A DNA stretch of 64,000 nt. Source: an uncultured Gammaproteobacteria bacterium (GTDB lineage Bacteria > Pseudomonadota > Gammaproteobacteria > UBA9214). The stretch is from contig CAVVHS010000006.1 of assembly GCA_963748215.1 (NCBI GenBank), forward strand, positions 320,001-384,000. Reading direction: 5' to 3'. The translations under genes were made by a program, and so were the position numbers. Positions 20,278 through 30,824 of this stretch are shown piece after piece; position 1 is the stretch's first letter; each line of letters starts with the position of its first letter. The notes below the pieces were generated by a model. The model saw only the letters and a program-made list of their open reading frames with translations. It did not search any database and had not been told where the DNA came from.

Positions 20278-21830
20278 GATTTCGTACCGCCCGGCGTTGG
20301 ATTCCTGATTTCAAGGGTGACGCGCGTTCCTTCACCGGGTTCACTTTCGATGCGCAGGTCGCCGCCGATCTTGCTGGCGCGCTCGCGCATGATAGTCAGG
20401 CCGACGTGTTCGCCCGGCGATCCGTATACCTGCTTGTTGATACCGATACCGTCATCCTCGATCAGGATATGGCAGAACTCGGTGTTGGCCCCACGGAGCA
20501 GTATACGCACGGTCTTGGCCTGGCTGTGCTTGCGTATGTTCCACAACGCCTCCTGTATTATACGCAGGATCTGCGTCTCGGTGTCCCTCGGAAAGGTACT
20601 GGCTGAACAGTCTTTCTGGATATAGGTCCGGATACGGGTCTCGTTGCGGAACTGGCTGACCATCTGCTCGATGGCCTCGACCAGGCCACGCTGGTAGGCC
20701 GGTGCGCGGAAGTTCGCGATCAGGCCGCGCAGCTCGGTATTGGCCTCGTCGAGACTGTTCTCGATCCGCTCGAGCTGTTGCCAGGTGGTGGATTCGTCGC
20801 CCTGGTGCAGGGTTTCGTCCAGCACGCGCACCTGGAAACGCAGACTGGCCAGCGTTTGCGCCAGCGAATCGTGCAGCTCGTGGGCAATACGTATGCGTTC
20901 CTCCCTGATCAGGTGCGCACGGTTCTCCTCGTCGTTGTAATACCGCTCGATGGCGACGCTGAGGTGGTGTGCCACACTGGTCAGCAGGGGCTTGATAGCC
21001 TCGGCCTGCTCGAGTAACTCCGTATCGAGGAACAGGTTGATCACACCGGTGATCCTGCCGCGATAGCGCATGGGGACCGAGACCAGCCCGATGCCTTCCT
21101 GTTCGAACAGGCGGCGGCCGGCGATTCGCTCGCACTTGTCGAGGTTCTGTTCGATCCAGATCTTGCCCTCGGTCGCGGCGCGTTCGTACAGGCAACGCCT
21201 GAATTCGTGCCGGTTGGGCAGCAGCAGATCATCGTCGATACCACTGCTGGCGCCGAGTTCGGTCTGTTGCTGGTTATGATCGACCCAGATGGCCGCGCCA
21301 TGCGCGCGCGTGATGCGCTTGACCGTGTACATAAAGCGCGTCAGCAGGTCATCGAGACTGTGTGCGGTATTGATGCTCGACACCACATCGTAGAGGATCT
21401 TGAGCGAGTCGGCCTCGAGGTCTGCCTTGTCCAGGGGGACGGGCTGCCGGCTGTTATCGGACGAGGTCATGCGTTTGCCGATGATATTCAGGTCTTCCGC
21501 CAGTTCGCTGAAGACGCGATCGGGCGGCGCGACAATCGGATCGGTATGCCGTCCGTCGCGCAGGCTCGCGGCCCAGGCCCTGATTTCGCGCAGCGGGTTG
21601 AGCAGGTTGTTTTGCACCAGCGTGGCGATCGACAGTATCAGCAGGAACCCCGATGCCGCCAGCATCGCGGCGAGCAGCATCCTGTTCTGGCCTTTCTCGA
21701 GCAACGGCAAGTCGATACTGAAGCAACCCACGGCTGCCGCGAGTATCAGCAGCAATAGCGCCAGGCGTGCGAACAGGCGGCGGCGTAACGTCGTGTCCTT
21801 GCCAGGGCCATGCGGGGTTCGCCTGTTCAT
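20274..21830 (-). CDS. NarX/NarQ-like sensor histidine kinase (2 TM, HAMP, GAF-like, HisKA_3, HATPase)
   Basis: 'ERIRIAHELHDSLAQ', 'QEALWNIRKHS', 'IEDDGIG', 'GLTIMRERA'; overlaps the regulator start. Confidence 0.9.
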   Translation of the reverse strand: MNRRTPHGPGKDTTLRRRLFARLALLLLILAAAVGCFSIDLPLLEKGQNRMLLAAMLAASGFLLILSIATLVQNNLLNPLREIRAWAASLRDGRHTDPIVAPPDRVFSELAEDLNIIGKRMTSSDNSRQPVPLDKADLEADSLKILYDVVSSINTAHSLDDLLTRFMYTVKRITRAHGAAIWVDHNQQQTELGASSGIDDDLLLPNRHEFRRCLYERAATEGKIWIEQNLDKCERIAGRRLFEQEGIGLVSVPMRYRGRITGVINLFLDTELLEQAEAIKPLLTSVAHHLSVAIERYYNDEENRAHLIREERIRIAHELHDSLAQTLASLRFQVRVLDETLHQGDESTTWQQLERIENSLDEANTELRGLIANFRAPAYQRGLVEAIEQMVSQFRNETRIRTYIQKDCSASTFPRDTETQILRIIQEALWNIRKHSQAKTVRILLRGANTEFCHILIEDDGIGINKQVYGSPGEHVGLTIMRERASKIGGDLRIESEPGEGTRVTLEIRNPTPGGTKS

Positions 21831-21872
21831 CCTGCGCTACGGGTGCGGCATACGGCAGGCAGGCGGCCCTGC

Positions 21873-22187
21873 CTATTTGCCGGGCCTGATGTAATTGACA
21901 TCATTCGGATTCAGGAAGATCAATTGCCAGCTGTCCGGTTCGATTTCCACGTAATCCACCGTCATGCCGTCAACCAGGATCTGGCTGGATTCGCCTATGA
22001 CGATATCGATGTCCTCGACACTGAGCCGGTGATCGCCATCCAGCCGGTTGTCGTCGAATCCCAGGCCGTAGTGAATGCTGCCGTCCGGATCGCGGCGAGC
22101 GGCGATGCGCAGCGCAAGGCCTTGCATATTGCCCTCCGCTGCGGCGGCGCGGATCTGTTCGGCGGCAGCCGGGGTGATGGTAATCAT
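21873..22187 (-). CDS. dsrR: DsrR, IscA-like protein lacking the Fe-S cysteines
   Basis: HesB/IscA-like ('MITITPAAAEQI', 'LRIAA', 'YGLGFD', 'IFLNPND') with no Cys; follows dsrN. Confidence 0.85.
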   Translation of the reverse strand: MITITPAAAEQIRAAAAEGNMQGLALRIAARRDPDGSIHYGLGFDDNRLDGDHRLSVEDIDIVIGESSQILVDGMTVDYVEIEPDSWQLIFLNPNDVNYIRPGK

Positions 22188-22230
22188 GATAACTCCTTGA
22201 TGTAGACGGGCATTATACCCGATGCGGGAT

Positions 22231-23604
22231 TCATTTGCCGTGCCTGCGGGTGGCGCGTACGAAGCCGACGAAGCGCCTGGCCCAATGGTGCTGACCGGTA
22301 TCGCGCATGTGGCTGTAGCAGGCGACCAGATTGTTGAGGATCAGCCCGTCGTGCCGGCTGTCAATCCCGGTGCCACGCACCACCTCGTAGGCATAGTCGA
22401 GGCCGGGTGGAACGTTTTCAAGGCTGGAGTAGTGGAACTCGTGTGCGGCGATGACACCGTCCGGGTGTGGTGCCGGCCAGGGTGACTTGCCGGTCTCGAG
22501 CAGCCGGACGTAACCGCGACCCTGCGGTCGTTCGTGCATGACCACGTCGCCCGGTATGGCGCCGACCATGTCGCAGCGTGCGCCATTCCAGCTCAGGCTG
22601 CGTGCGAGGTACATCAGGCCGCCGCACTCGGCATAGACAGGCAGACCGTTTGCAATGGCGTCCCTGATCCGGGCCCGCAGGGCGCTGTTCGCCTGCAGTT
22701 CCTGCATGCGGCTTTCGGGGAAGCCGCCGCCGATGAACAGGCCGTCGATGTCCGGCAGCTGTGCGTCGCGCAGGGTATCGATCGGCACCAGCTCCGCGCC
22801 GGCGCGCTGCAGGGCATCGAGGTCGTCCGGGTAGTAGAAACCGAAGGCGGCATCGCGGGCAATGCCGATGCGAACCGTATCGCCGCCGGCTTGCGCAGGC
22901 GGTACGGGATCGAAGGCGAGCGGTGTATTACCCGCCACCGCGAGCACCCGGTCCAGGTTGACCTGGGCGGCGATCAGCCGGCTGATATGGTCGATCTTGC
23001 CGCGTGCCGCGTTATCCTCGTTGCTCGGTATCAGTCCGAGGTGGCGTTCGACGATCTCCAGCTCCGCGGCGCGGTGCACGCCGCCGAGCACCGTCAGGTC
23101 GGTGTAGTGTTCGATGACCGCCCGCAGCTTGGCCTCGTGACGGCTGCCGCCGAGCTGGTTGAGAATCACGCCGGCGATACTGACTCGGGGATCGAATGCC
23201 TGGTAGCCGAGGATCAGGGGCGCGATACCGCGCGTCATGCCGCGCGCATCGAGTACCAGCACCACCGGAGTCTGCGTCAGCGTGGCCAGTGCGGCATTGC
23301 TGTTGCTGCCGTCCAGGTCGAGGCCGTCATACAGGCCCTTGTTGCCCTCGATCAGCGCGATATCGGCATCGGCCGAATAATGACCGACCGCGGTGAGGAT
23401 CTCCGCGTGGGTCATGCAATGGAAATCCAGGTTGTGGCAGGGTCGCCCGGCCGCCTGCCCGAGCCACATCGGGTCGATGTAGTCAGGTCCCTTCTTGAAG
23501 GGTTGTACGACGAGGCCGCGTGCCGCGAGCGCTGCACACAGACCGATAGTCACGGTGGTCTTGCCGGACGATTTATGGGCTGCCGAAATCAGCAGGCGGG
23601 ACAT
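22231..23604 (-). CDS. dsrN: Siroheme amidase DsrN (CobB/CbiA-like)
   Basis: 'AAHKSSGKTT', 'KKGPDYIDP', 'YAECGGLMYL', 'AHEFHYS'; dsr context. Confidence 0.9.
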   Translation of the reverse strand: MSRLLISAAHKSSGKTTVTIGLCAALAARGLVVQPFKKGPDYIDPMWLGQAAGRPCHNLDFHCMTHAEILTAVGHYSADADIALIEGNKGLYDGLDLDGSNSNAALATLTQTPVVLVLDARGMTRGIAPLILGYQAFDPRVSIAGVILNQLGGSRHEAKLRAVIEHYTDLTVLGGVHRAAELEIVERHLGLIPSNEDNAARGKIDHISRLIAAQVNLDRVLAVAGNTPLAFDPVPPAQAGGDTVRIGIARDAAFGFYYPDDLDALQRAGAELVPIDTLRDAQLPDIDGLFIGGGFPESRMQELQANSALRARIRDAIANGLPVYAECGGLMYLARSLSWNGARCDMVGAIPGDVVMHERPQGRGYVRLLETGKSPWPAPHPDGVIAAHEFHYSSLENVPPGLDYAYEVVRGTGIDSRHDGLILNNLVACYSHMRDTGQHHWARRFVGFVRATRRHGK

Positions 23605-23654
23605 GTTGTCAGCAGTCCCCGGGAGTGCTCCGCGTTGCCGGTCCTGGTGACGGC

Positions 23655-24869
23655 TCAGGCAGCATCCGCGGCAGCGTGATGGGGATCCACCTGGTCGTCG
23701 GCCAGGCTGACCGGCAGGAAGCGCAGGACGCGTGTGCCCACCACGGTGGCGGCGAGTGCCAGCGCGACGCCGCCGATGCCGAGCATGAACTCGGGCAGGC
23801 TGGGTTTATAGCTCGCGACGACGCCATCAAAGAAGGAACTGCTTACCTCCTTGCCGGGGAACAGTTCCATCGGATAGGCCTGGCCGCCGATGATGATGAC
23901 GTACATCTGGGCGAGTCCGCCAACGATGACCAGCAGGCAGGCAATGCCGATCCACAGCCGTGACTTGCCGGCCGGTCCGTACAGCAGGGCGAGTGGCAGC
24001 AGGCTGCCCAGGCCGATCTGCACAAACCAGAACAGTGTGGTGTAAATGCCGCCATCGAGCAGGATGAAACGTTCCACACCGTGGTTTTCCGTGATGTAGA
24101 GGTTGGTCAGGTGGTAGGCCAGTACGAAATACAGCACGCCGGCGATAAATACACCGAGCAGGTTTTTCAGGCGGAACAGGACGGCATCGCCGAGCGGGCG
24201 TTGCGACCAGTTGTACAGGCCCATCAGCACGAGGATGAAGATCGCCAGTCCGAACGAGAACGACATGACGATGAACATGGGCGCCATGATGGCGGCATCG
24301 TAGGCCTCGCGTGCAACGAGGAAGCCGAAGATGGAGCCGGTACCGGTGGTCAGGATCAGGCGCCAGATGAACGCAGACATGCCGGCGGGCCGGGTGAAGT
24401 CGTTCATCTTGCGCTCCATCATCATCCACAGGTACACGGCGACGATCGCCATGAAGCCGGTATAGAGCATGATGTTCCAGGCAAAGATGGACTTGAAGTT
24501 GTAATAGGTCATGGCCACGATCAGCCGGTCCGGATGACCGAGGTCGAGTACCAGCACGGCCAGGCCGCCGACCAGCAGGGTAATGGCGAGCAGGCCGGAC
24601 AGGCGCGCGAGCGGCTTGTACAGGGTCTTGCCGAACACCGAGCTGATGGATGCGACATTGAGTGCGCCGGAGGCGGCGACGATCAGGAACACGGCGAACA
24701 CGTGCGGCGTGCCCCAGACGACCTGGTTGTTCATGCCGGTGACCCAGTGTCCGTTGTGTTCCATGTAATACGCGGCACCCAGGCCGGCAAGTACGAATAC
24801 GCCGATCGCGGCAACCAGCATGTAGAACGGCCGGCCGCCATCGATTTCCCTGTAATCTAGTGGTTTCAT
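23655..24869 (-). CDS. dsrP: DsrP, NrfD-family membrane subunit
   Basis: 'GHWVTGMNNQVVWG', 'DLGHPDRL'; multi-TM. Confidence 0.9.
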   Translation of the reverse strand: MKPLDYREIDGGRPFYMLVAAIGVFVLAGLGAAYYMEHNGHWVTGMNNQVVWGTPHVFAVFLIVAASGALNVASISSVFGKTLYKPLARLSGLLAITLLVGGLAVLVLDLGHPDRLIVAMTYYNFKSIFAWNIMLYTGFMAIVAVYLWMMMERKMNDFTRPAGMSAFIWRLILTTGTGSIFGFLVAREAYDAAIMAPMFIVMSFSFGLAIFILVLMGLYNWSQRPLGDAVLFRLKNLLGVFIAGVLYFVLAYHLTNLYITENHGVERFILLDGGIYTTLFWFVQIGLGSLLPLALLYGPAGKSRLWIGIACLLVIVGGLAQMYVIIIGGQAYPMELFPGKEVSSSFFDGVVASYKPSLPEFMLGIGGVALALAATVVGTRVLRFLPVSLADDQVDPHHAAADAA

Positions 24870-25615
24870 CAGATCCCCCGGTAACGTACGCCGGTATTAA
24901 GCTGCAAGTCGGCACGAATCTGCTGCGAACTGTGCTGCTTCAGTGCCCTGGAAATGTCGCTGGCCGGATCGTTCAGGTCGCCGAACACCATGGCATTATG
25001 GTTTTCGGCGGTGCAGGCCTCGACGCAGGCCGGTGTGCGGCCGCTGTCGACACGATGGACACAGAAGTTACAGGACTCGACGGTGCCCTTGCCGCGTGGT
25101 GTGTCCGGCAACTGGTCTGTCAGGTCTTCGTGAATGAAGGAGCGGGCCTTGTACGGGCAGGCCATCATGCAGTAGCGACAGCCGATACAGATGTGCTTGT
25201 CGACCAGCACGATGCCATCGGCACGCTTGAACGAAGCGCCGGTCGGGCAGACATCCACGCAGGGCGGATGCTCGCAGTGCTGGCACAGCAGGGGCAGTGT
25301 CTGGGCATGACCGGTCTGCTTGTCCTTGAGCTTGACCTTGCGTATCCATTGCGCGTCGGTTTCCGGCCGGTCGAAGCCGGTCAGGCCGTGTTCGTCATTG
25401 CAGGCCGTGACGCAGTCGTCACAGCCCTCGGCGCATTTGCCGGAGTCTATCAGCATGCCCCAGCGTACCGCACTGGTGACAGCCTCTTTGGCCGGTTTTG
25501 CATGACCGATTTCGTGCAGGAACAACCCCGGTACGACGGCCATGCCGGCCGCTGCCCTGGCAGTCCCGCTGAGGAAGCGGCGACGATAGGTGTCGATGCC
25601 TGTTTCTTCACTCAT
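24869..25615 (-). CDS. dsrO: DsrO, Tat-exported 4Fe-4S protein
   Basis: Start MSEETG, twin-arginine 'RRRFL', 'CQHCEHPPCVDVCP', 'CIGCRYCMMACP'. Confidence 0.9.
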   Translation of the reverse strand: MSEETGIDTYRRRFLSGTARAAAGMAVVPGLFLHEIGHAKPAKEAVTSAVRWGMLIDSGKCAEGCDDCVTACNDEHGLTGFDRPETDAQWIRKVKLKDKQTGHAQTLPLLCQHCEHPPCVDVCPTGASFKRADGIVLVDKHICIGCRYCMMACPYKARSFIHEDLTDQLPDTPRGKGTVESCNFCVHRVDSGRTPACVEACTAENHNAMVFGDLNDPASDISRALKQHSSQQIRADLQLNTGVRYRGI

Positions 25616-26063
25616 GAGCAATACCCTCTCTGGCCATGACATGCGGCTGGTCGGTGCTGCCGGCAGACACGGTCTGGCGCTGGCCGGGTTTGACCGGCCG
25701 GTCTGCGTGACACTGGAAACAGTCGATATGCACTGCCGCGTAGCTGTGGCAGCTATTGCAGAAATGCTCCTCGCTGCTGACGCGGGGTGCGTCAGGCGCA
25801 TCGCTGACATGGCATTTGATGCATTCCTTCAGGCTGTGGCGGCTGCCGCGAATGCCCTCGTGCACGGTTTCATCGCGCTCGTGCAGGATGTATTTCATGT
25901 GGTTCTTGCGCATGTCCGCGGTGGGTTCCACACAACCCTGGGCTTCGCTGAAGCGCGCCTGGGCCGCGGGTATCTCCGGGAGCAGGGAATCACCGGCCCG
26001 ACCTGGCACTGCAAGGCCGGCGGTGATTGCCATTAGCAGGATGATGAGACTGTGTTTCAGCAT
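25608..26063 (-). CDS. dsrJ: DsrJ, triheme cytochrome c
   Basis: Signal peptide, 'MRKNHM', CIKCH, CNSCH, CFQCH. Confidence 0.9.
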   Translation of the reverse strand: MLKHSLIILLMAITAGLAVPGRAGDSLLPEIPAAQARFSEAQGCVEPTADMRKNHMKYILHERDETVHEGIRGSRHSLKECIKCHVSDAPDAPRVSSEEHFCNSCHSYAAVHIDCFQCHADRPVKPGQRQTVSAGSTDQPHVMAREGIAHE

Positions 26064-26094
26064 GACTGTGTCGTGTCCGCCATTTTGTATCCGG

Positions 26095-28065
26095 TTAGTG
26101 ATCGCCCATGGCCATATCGATATAGCCGGTGGGGCAGACGTCCGAGCAGATATGACAGCCGATGCACTTGTCATAGTCGGTATCGACGTAGCGGCCCATG
26201 GTCGCCTGGTCCTTCTTGACACGGAAGATGGCATCCTGCGGACAGTAGATCACGCAGTTGTCGCACTCGAAGCACATGCCGCAGCTCATGCAGCGCTCGG
26301 CCTCGCTGACGGCCTGCTCGGGAGTCAGGCCGATGCCGCGTTCCTCGAAATGCCCCAGCACTTCCTCGGCACTCGGCCCCTTGGCGGAACGCTTGTTGCG
26401 CGGGGTGAACGGGAAGTGGCCAAGGAACAGGCGATCGGAGGAAATGATTTCCGAGCTGGAGCGGTCCTCGTAGTTGTGAACCGCGAACTGGGCATGATCG
26501 GTACCACGCATGTCGCCCATTTCATCCGCCTTGAACGGGGCCGGCGCATGGTTGGTCTCCTGGAGTTTCTTGAGCAGCTCGAAGTGGTGCACGTCGACCT
26601 TCGGGCGCTTCTTCTGCTCTTTCTGCTTCAGGTAGTGATCGATGCTCTCGACGGCAATGGAGGCCTGACCGATGGCGGTGGTCAGCAGGTGCGGACGGAT
26701 GATATCGCCGGCGACGAAATGGCCCTTGCGGCCCGGGACCTGGTAGAAGGCATCGGCGTCGATCAGGCCGCGGCCGTTGTCCAGGGACTCGAGCCCCTGG
26801 GACAGGTCGCCGCCCTGGCCGATGGCGGAGACGATGAGATCGCATTCGACCTCGAATTCGGTGCCTTCAACCGGGTTCGGACGTCCGTCCTTCATCTCGC
26901 ACTTGGCCATCTTCAGGGCGCAGGCGCGGCCTTCGTCATTGACTACGACTTCGATCGGCATGACACCGTTCAGGATCGTGACACCTTCGCGCAGCGCGTC
27001 CTCGACCTCGTGTTCGGTGGCGGTCATTTCCTCGCGTTCGAACAGCGAGGTCAGTGTCACCTCGGCACCCTCGCGGGCGGCCGCAAAGGCCGAGTCATGT
27101 GCGACATATCCGCCAATGACCTGTTCCGGACGGACTTCCTTGTTGATCTTGCTGATCTTGCCGAGGCGGCGTGCGACGGACACGACGTCGATGGAGGTAT
27201 CACCGCCACCCACGCAGACCACCTTGTCGGCGGTGACCTGCAGGGTGCCCTTGTTGAAGGCTTCCAGGAAGGCAACGCCGGACACGCAGTTGGGCGCGTC
27301 GCTGTTGGGTACCGGCAGTTTCCGGCCCGATCTTGCAACCCATGGCCCAGAGAATGGCGTCGAATTCCTTTTCGATCTGCTCGATGCTGATGTCCTTGCC
27401 GACGCGGGTATTCATGCGCAGTTCGATGTCGCCCATGTCGACGATGCGCTGGCATTCATGGTTGAGCACGTCGCGCGGGGTACGGTAGCCGGGGATGCCG
27501 TAGCGCATCATGCCGCCGAGTTCCTCGTGATCGTCGAAGATGGTGCTGGCATGGCCGATGACGGCGCAGCTGGTAGGCGGCTGCCATGCCGGCCGGGCCG
27601 CCGCCGATGATGGCGATCTTTTTGCCGGTGAGCTTGGCGCGCTGCCTCGAAGGTGAATTTCTTCTCGAAGGCGGAGTCGCCGATGAACTGCTCGACGGCG
27701 TTGATACCGACGAAATCCTCGACATTGTTACGGTTGCAGCCGTCTTCACACGGCGCCGGGCAGACGCGGCCCATCATGGACGGGAACGGGTTGGCGTCGG
27801 TGGAGCGGCGGAACGCATATTCTTCCATGCTCATGTCACCGGTCGGCTTCTCGATGCCGCGCACGATCTGCAGCCAGCCACGGATGTCTTCGCCGGACGG
27901 GCAGCTGCCCTGGCAGGGCGGCGTGCGGTGCACATAGGTCGGGCACTTGTGGGACGTGTCTTCATTGAAGATGTCGTCACCGATACGCGAATAGGTGTAG
28001 TCGCCATCCTTGAACCGACGGAAAGAGAGCTTGTCTTTTGCCATGTCTTCTTTTGAAGTTGCCAT
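26095..28065 (-). CDS. dsrL: DsrL, NAD(P)H:acceptor iron-sulfur flavoprotein (several apparent frameshifts between about 27300 and 27650)
   Basis: Pieces: 'CPTYVHRTPPCQGSCPSGEDIRG', 'GRVCPAPC', 'IIGGGPAG', 'MMRYGIP', 'VGGGDTSID', and C-terminal 'CMSCGMCFECDNC', 'CIGCHICSDVCP'. Confidence 0.9.
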
Positions 28066-28115
28066 GCCTGTTCTCCTGTTATCTGATCAGGTGTTACCTG
28101 AGCAAAACTCAAAAA

Positions 28116-29606
28116 TTACTGTTTGTTGCCGAGCACGATCGCGTTGCTGACCAGCTGGTGCACGCTGACGATGCTGTCCATCTTGAAGCCGTAGTAGGGC
28201 AGGACCTTGGCGAACTGGCTCTTGCAGATGGCACAGATTGCGGCCATGTGGGTCACGCCATGGTTTTCGACCACGTGCTTCAGGGCCTCCATGCGCGGCA
28301 GGGCGCCCTTGACGCGCAGTTCCATCAGGTCGTCGGTCAGCAGGCCGCCGCCACCGCCACAGCAGAAGGTGGCGTCGTGGATGGTGTCCTGCGGCATGTC
28401 GTAAAAGTGATTGCAGCTGGCCTTGATCACCTCGCGCGGCATGATGAACTGCCCGCCCGGCATCGGCCCCATGCGCGAGGCACGGGCGACGTTGCAGGAG
28501 TCGTGATAGGTCAGCACCATATCGTCATTGGCCGACTTGTCCAGCGTGATCGCGTTGCGCTGGATCAGGTCATAGGTGAATTCCAGATGTGCTGCGGTAC
28601 CGGGTATTTCGGATCGAGGAAATCGAACGGCCCGGCCAGGGTGTTCAGGAAGCTGTAGGCAACACGCCAGGCATGACCGCATTCACCGAAGACGATGCGC
28701 TTTACACCGAGATCGAGCGCGGCCTCGCGGATGCGCAGCGACACCTTGCGCATGTTCTCGTAGCTGCCGATGAACATGCCGAAGTTGGCGGCCTCGCTGG
28801 CATGCGAACTCAGCGTCCAGCTGATGCCGGCCTCGTGGAATACCTTGGCGTAGCCCATCAGGCCGTCGACGTGCGGCTCGGCGAAGAAGTCCGCCGACGG
28901 GGTCACCAGCAGTATGTCGGCGCCTTTCTCGTCCAGCGGCAGGCGCACCTTGACGCCGGTGTCGTCCTCGACGTCCTCTTCCAGGCCTTCCAGGGTGTCT
29001 GCCAGGGCCGGTTCCGGCAGGCCGAGGTTGTTGCCGATCTTGTAGACCTTGCCGATGATTTCGTTGCAGTACTTCTGGCCGACACCGACGGAATCCATGA
29101 TCTCGCGCGCTGCCATGGAGATTTCGGCGGTGTCGATGCCGTAGGGGCAGAACACCGAGCAGCGCCGGCACTGCGAACACTGGTGGAAGTAGCTGTACCA
29201 GTCGTCCAGCACTTCCTTGGTCAGGTCGGTCGCGCCAACCAGCTTGGGAAAATACTTGCCGGCGAAGGTGAAGTAACGGCGATAGACCTTGCGCAACAGA
29301 TCCTGGCGCGCAACCGGCATGTTTTTCGGATCGGTGGTGCCGAGGTAGTAGTGGCACTTGTCGGTGCAGGCGCCGCACTTGACGCAGGAGTCCAGGAATA
29401 CCTGCAGCGAGCGGTATTTGCCGTAGCAGCTCTTCCATCTTGTCGATGGCGACCTGCTGCCAGTTGTCGACCAGCTCGCCCGGGAAGCCCAGCTGCTGCT
29501 GGAACTCTTCCTTCGCCACAAACGGCTTGCTGTGCGCCATCACCCCTTCGTGAAGGGTCGGGATGACGGGATATTCTTTCAGCTCCGGTACTTCGAAATC
29601 AGCCAC
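28116..29606 (-). CDS. dsrK: DsrK, heterodisulfide-reductase-like subunit (apparent frameshifts near 29420 and 28590)
   Basis: 'CVKCGACTDKC', 'CSQCRRCSVFCP', 'GECGHAW', 'YHDSCN', 'FCCGGGGG', 'CAICK'. Confidence 0.9.
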
Positions 29607-29639
29607 GCTCTGCTCCTGGTACGATCGTTATGCCGGTGG

Positions 29640-30368
29640 TTATTTCTCGAGTTCTGCCGCCCACGGTGCCAGGTGGCGCTGTTCGCGCGGGTTGTCCACC
29701 TGGTTGCGCGTCGGGCTGAAGAATACACCCGGTGCATGCAGCAGTTTGCTGATCGGGAAGATGATCATCAGCGTGGCGACCAGCCCGAGATGCACCAGCA
29801 ACAGCGGATCTTCGGGAATGGGCTGCCAGTTGAAATACATCAGGCCCAGGAAAAAGGCCTTGAGCGACACGATGTCGGTGTGCGAAATGTAATCCATGCT
29901 CAATCCGGTCAGTGCAATACCCATCAGCAGTGCCAGCATCAGGTGATCGGACAGGGCGGAGATATAGCGCACCCGGTCCACCAGCACGCGGCGCGCCCAC
30001 AGGCCGGCCAGTCCGGCGACCATGGCGAAGGCGGCATACAGGCCGAACGGCTGGATGAGCTCGACCCAGGTCCAGACCGGGTTGGTGAAATAACGCAGGT
30101 GGCGTGCCAGCACCAGGAACATGCCGAAGTGAAACAGGTAGCCGAAAATCCAGATCCACTTGTTGGAACGGAACAGGCTCTCGAAGAACGCCACTTCCCG
30201 GAACATGCGCAGCACGACGCCCTGGCGCGTGACCGGTGCCGGGGTGGTCGGAATCTTCAAGGGTGCCGGTGTTTTTGCATACTTGCTGATCCTGTAGGCC
30301 AGGCCGCCGATCAGCAGGGCGGTGGCAACATAGAACAGAAGTGCATACACAATGGTCCAGAACGGCAT
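29640..30368 (-). CDS. dsrM: DsrM, NarI-like di-heme b membrane subunit
   Basis: 'LKIPTTPAP', 'YLFHFG', 'LVHLGLV', 'SKLLHAPG'. Confidence 0.92.
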   Translation of the reverse strand: MPFWTIVYALLFYVATALLIGGLAYRISKYAKTPAPLKIPTTPAPVTRQGVVLRMFREVAFFESLFRSNKWIWIFGYLFHFGMFLVLARHLRYFTNPVWTWVELIQPFGLYAAFAMVAGLAGLWARRVLVDRVRYISALSDHLMLALLMGIALTGLSMDYISHTDIVSLKAFFLGLMYFNWQPIPEDPLLLVHLGLVATLMIIFPISKLLHAPGVFFSPTRNQVDNPREQRHLAPWAAELEK

Positions 30369-30401
30369 GCTACCTGGCTCCTGTTAGGGTTGTAAGATTC
30401 A

Positions 30402-30434
30402 GAAGGGCTGCAGGGGATGTCCCCTGCAGCCTTC
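30402..30434 (-). other. Strong intergenic stem-loop between dsrC and dsrM
   Basis: GAAGG(G)CTGCAGGGGA-TG-TCCCCTGCAGCCTTC; no U-tract on the transcribed (minus) strand. Confidence 0.7.
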
Positions 30435-30444
30435 GGTTGTTGCG

Positions 30445-30780
30445 TCAGACGCAGCCGGTCGGCTTCGGCAGACCGGCGTACTTGCAGGCCTGCTTGGCGG
30501 GACCGTACGGGAACAGCTCGTACAGGTACTTGCTGTTGCCCTTGTCCTTGCCCAGCTTCTTGCCGATGGCCTTGGTCAGCACGCGAACGGCCGGGGCGAT
30601 CTGGTATTCCTCGTAGTATTCACGCAGGAAATTGATCACTTCCCAGTGGTTCTCGGTCAGCTCACAGTCGTCGAGCTTGGCCATGACATCCGCCACGTCC
30701 TTGTCCCATGTATTCAGGTCAGCCAGGTAACCTTCTTCGTCAGTTTCGTAAGTCTTGCCGTTCGCTTCAATTGTACCCAT
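30445..30780 (-). CDS. dsrC: DsrC sulfur carrier
   Basis: 'DEEGYL', 'HWEVINFLREYY', C-terminal 'ACKYAGLPKPTGCV' with both conserved Cys. Confidence 0.95.
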   Translation of the reverse strand: MGTIEANGKTYETDEEGYLADLNTWDKDVADVMAKLDDCELTENHWEVINFLREYYEEYQIAPAVRVLTKAIGKKLGKDKGNSKYLYELFPYGPAKQACKYAGLPKPTGCV

Positions 30781-30824
30781 GTGAGGTCTCCTCGTTGGAT
30801 GACGCTAATCAAAAAAAATGAAAA

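Noticed and set aside
21873-22187. Canonical IscA/ErpA Fe-S carrier
   Set aside because: It lacks the conserved cysteines, and its position after dsrN fits DsrR.
25756-27390. 544-aa + strand ORF
   Set aside because: Antisense shadow of dsrJ and dsrL.
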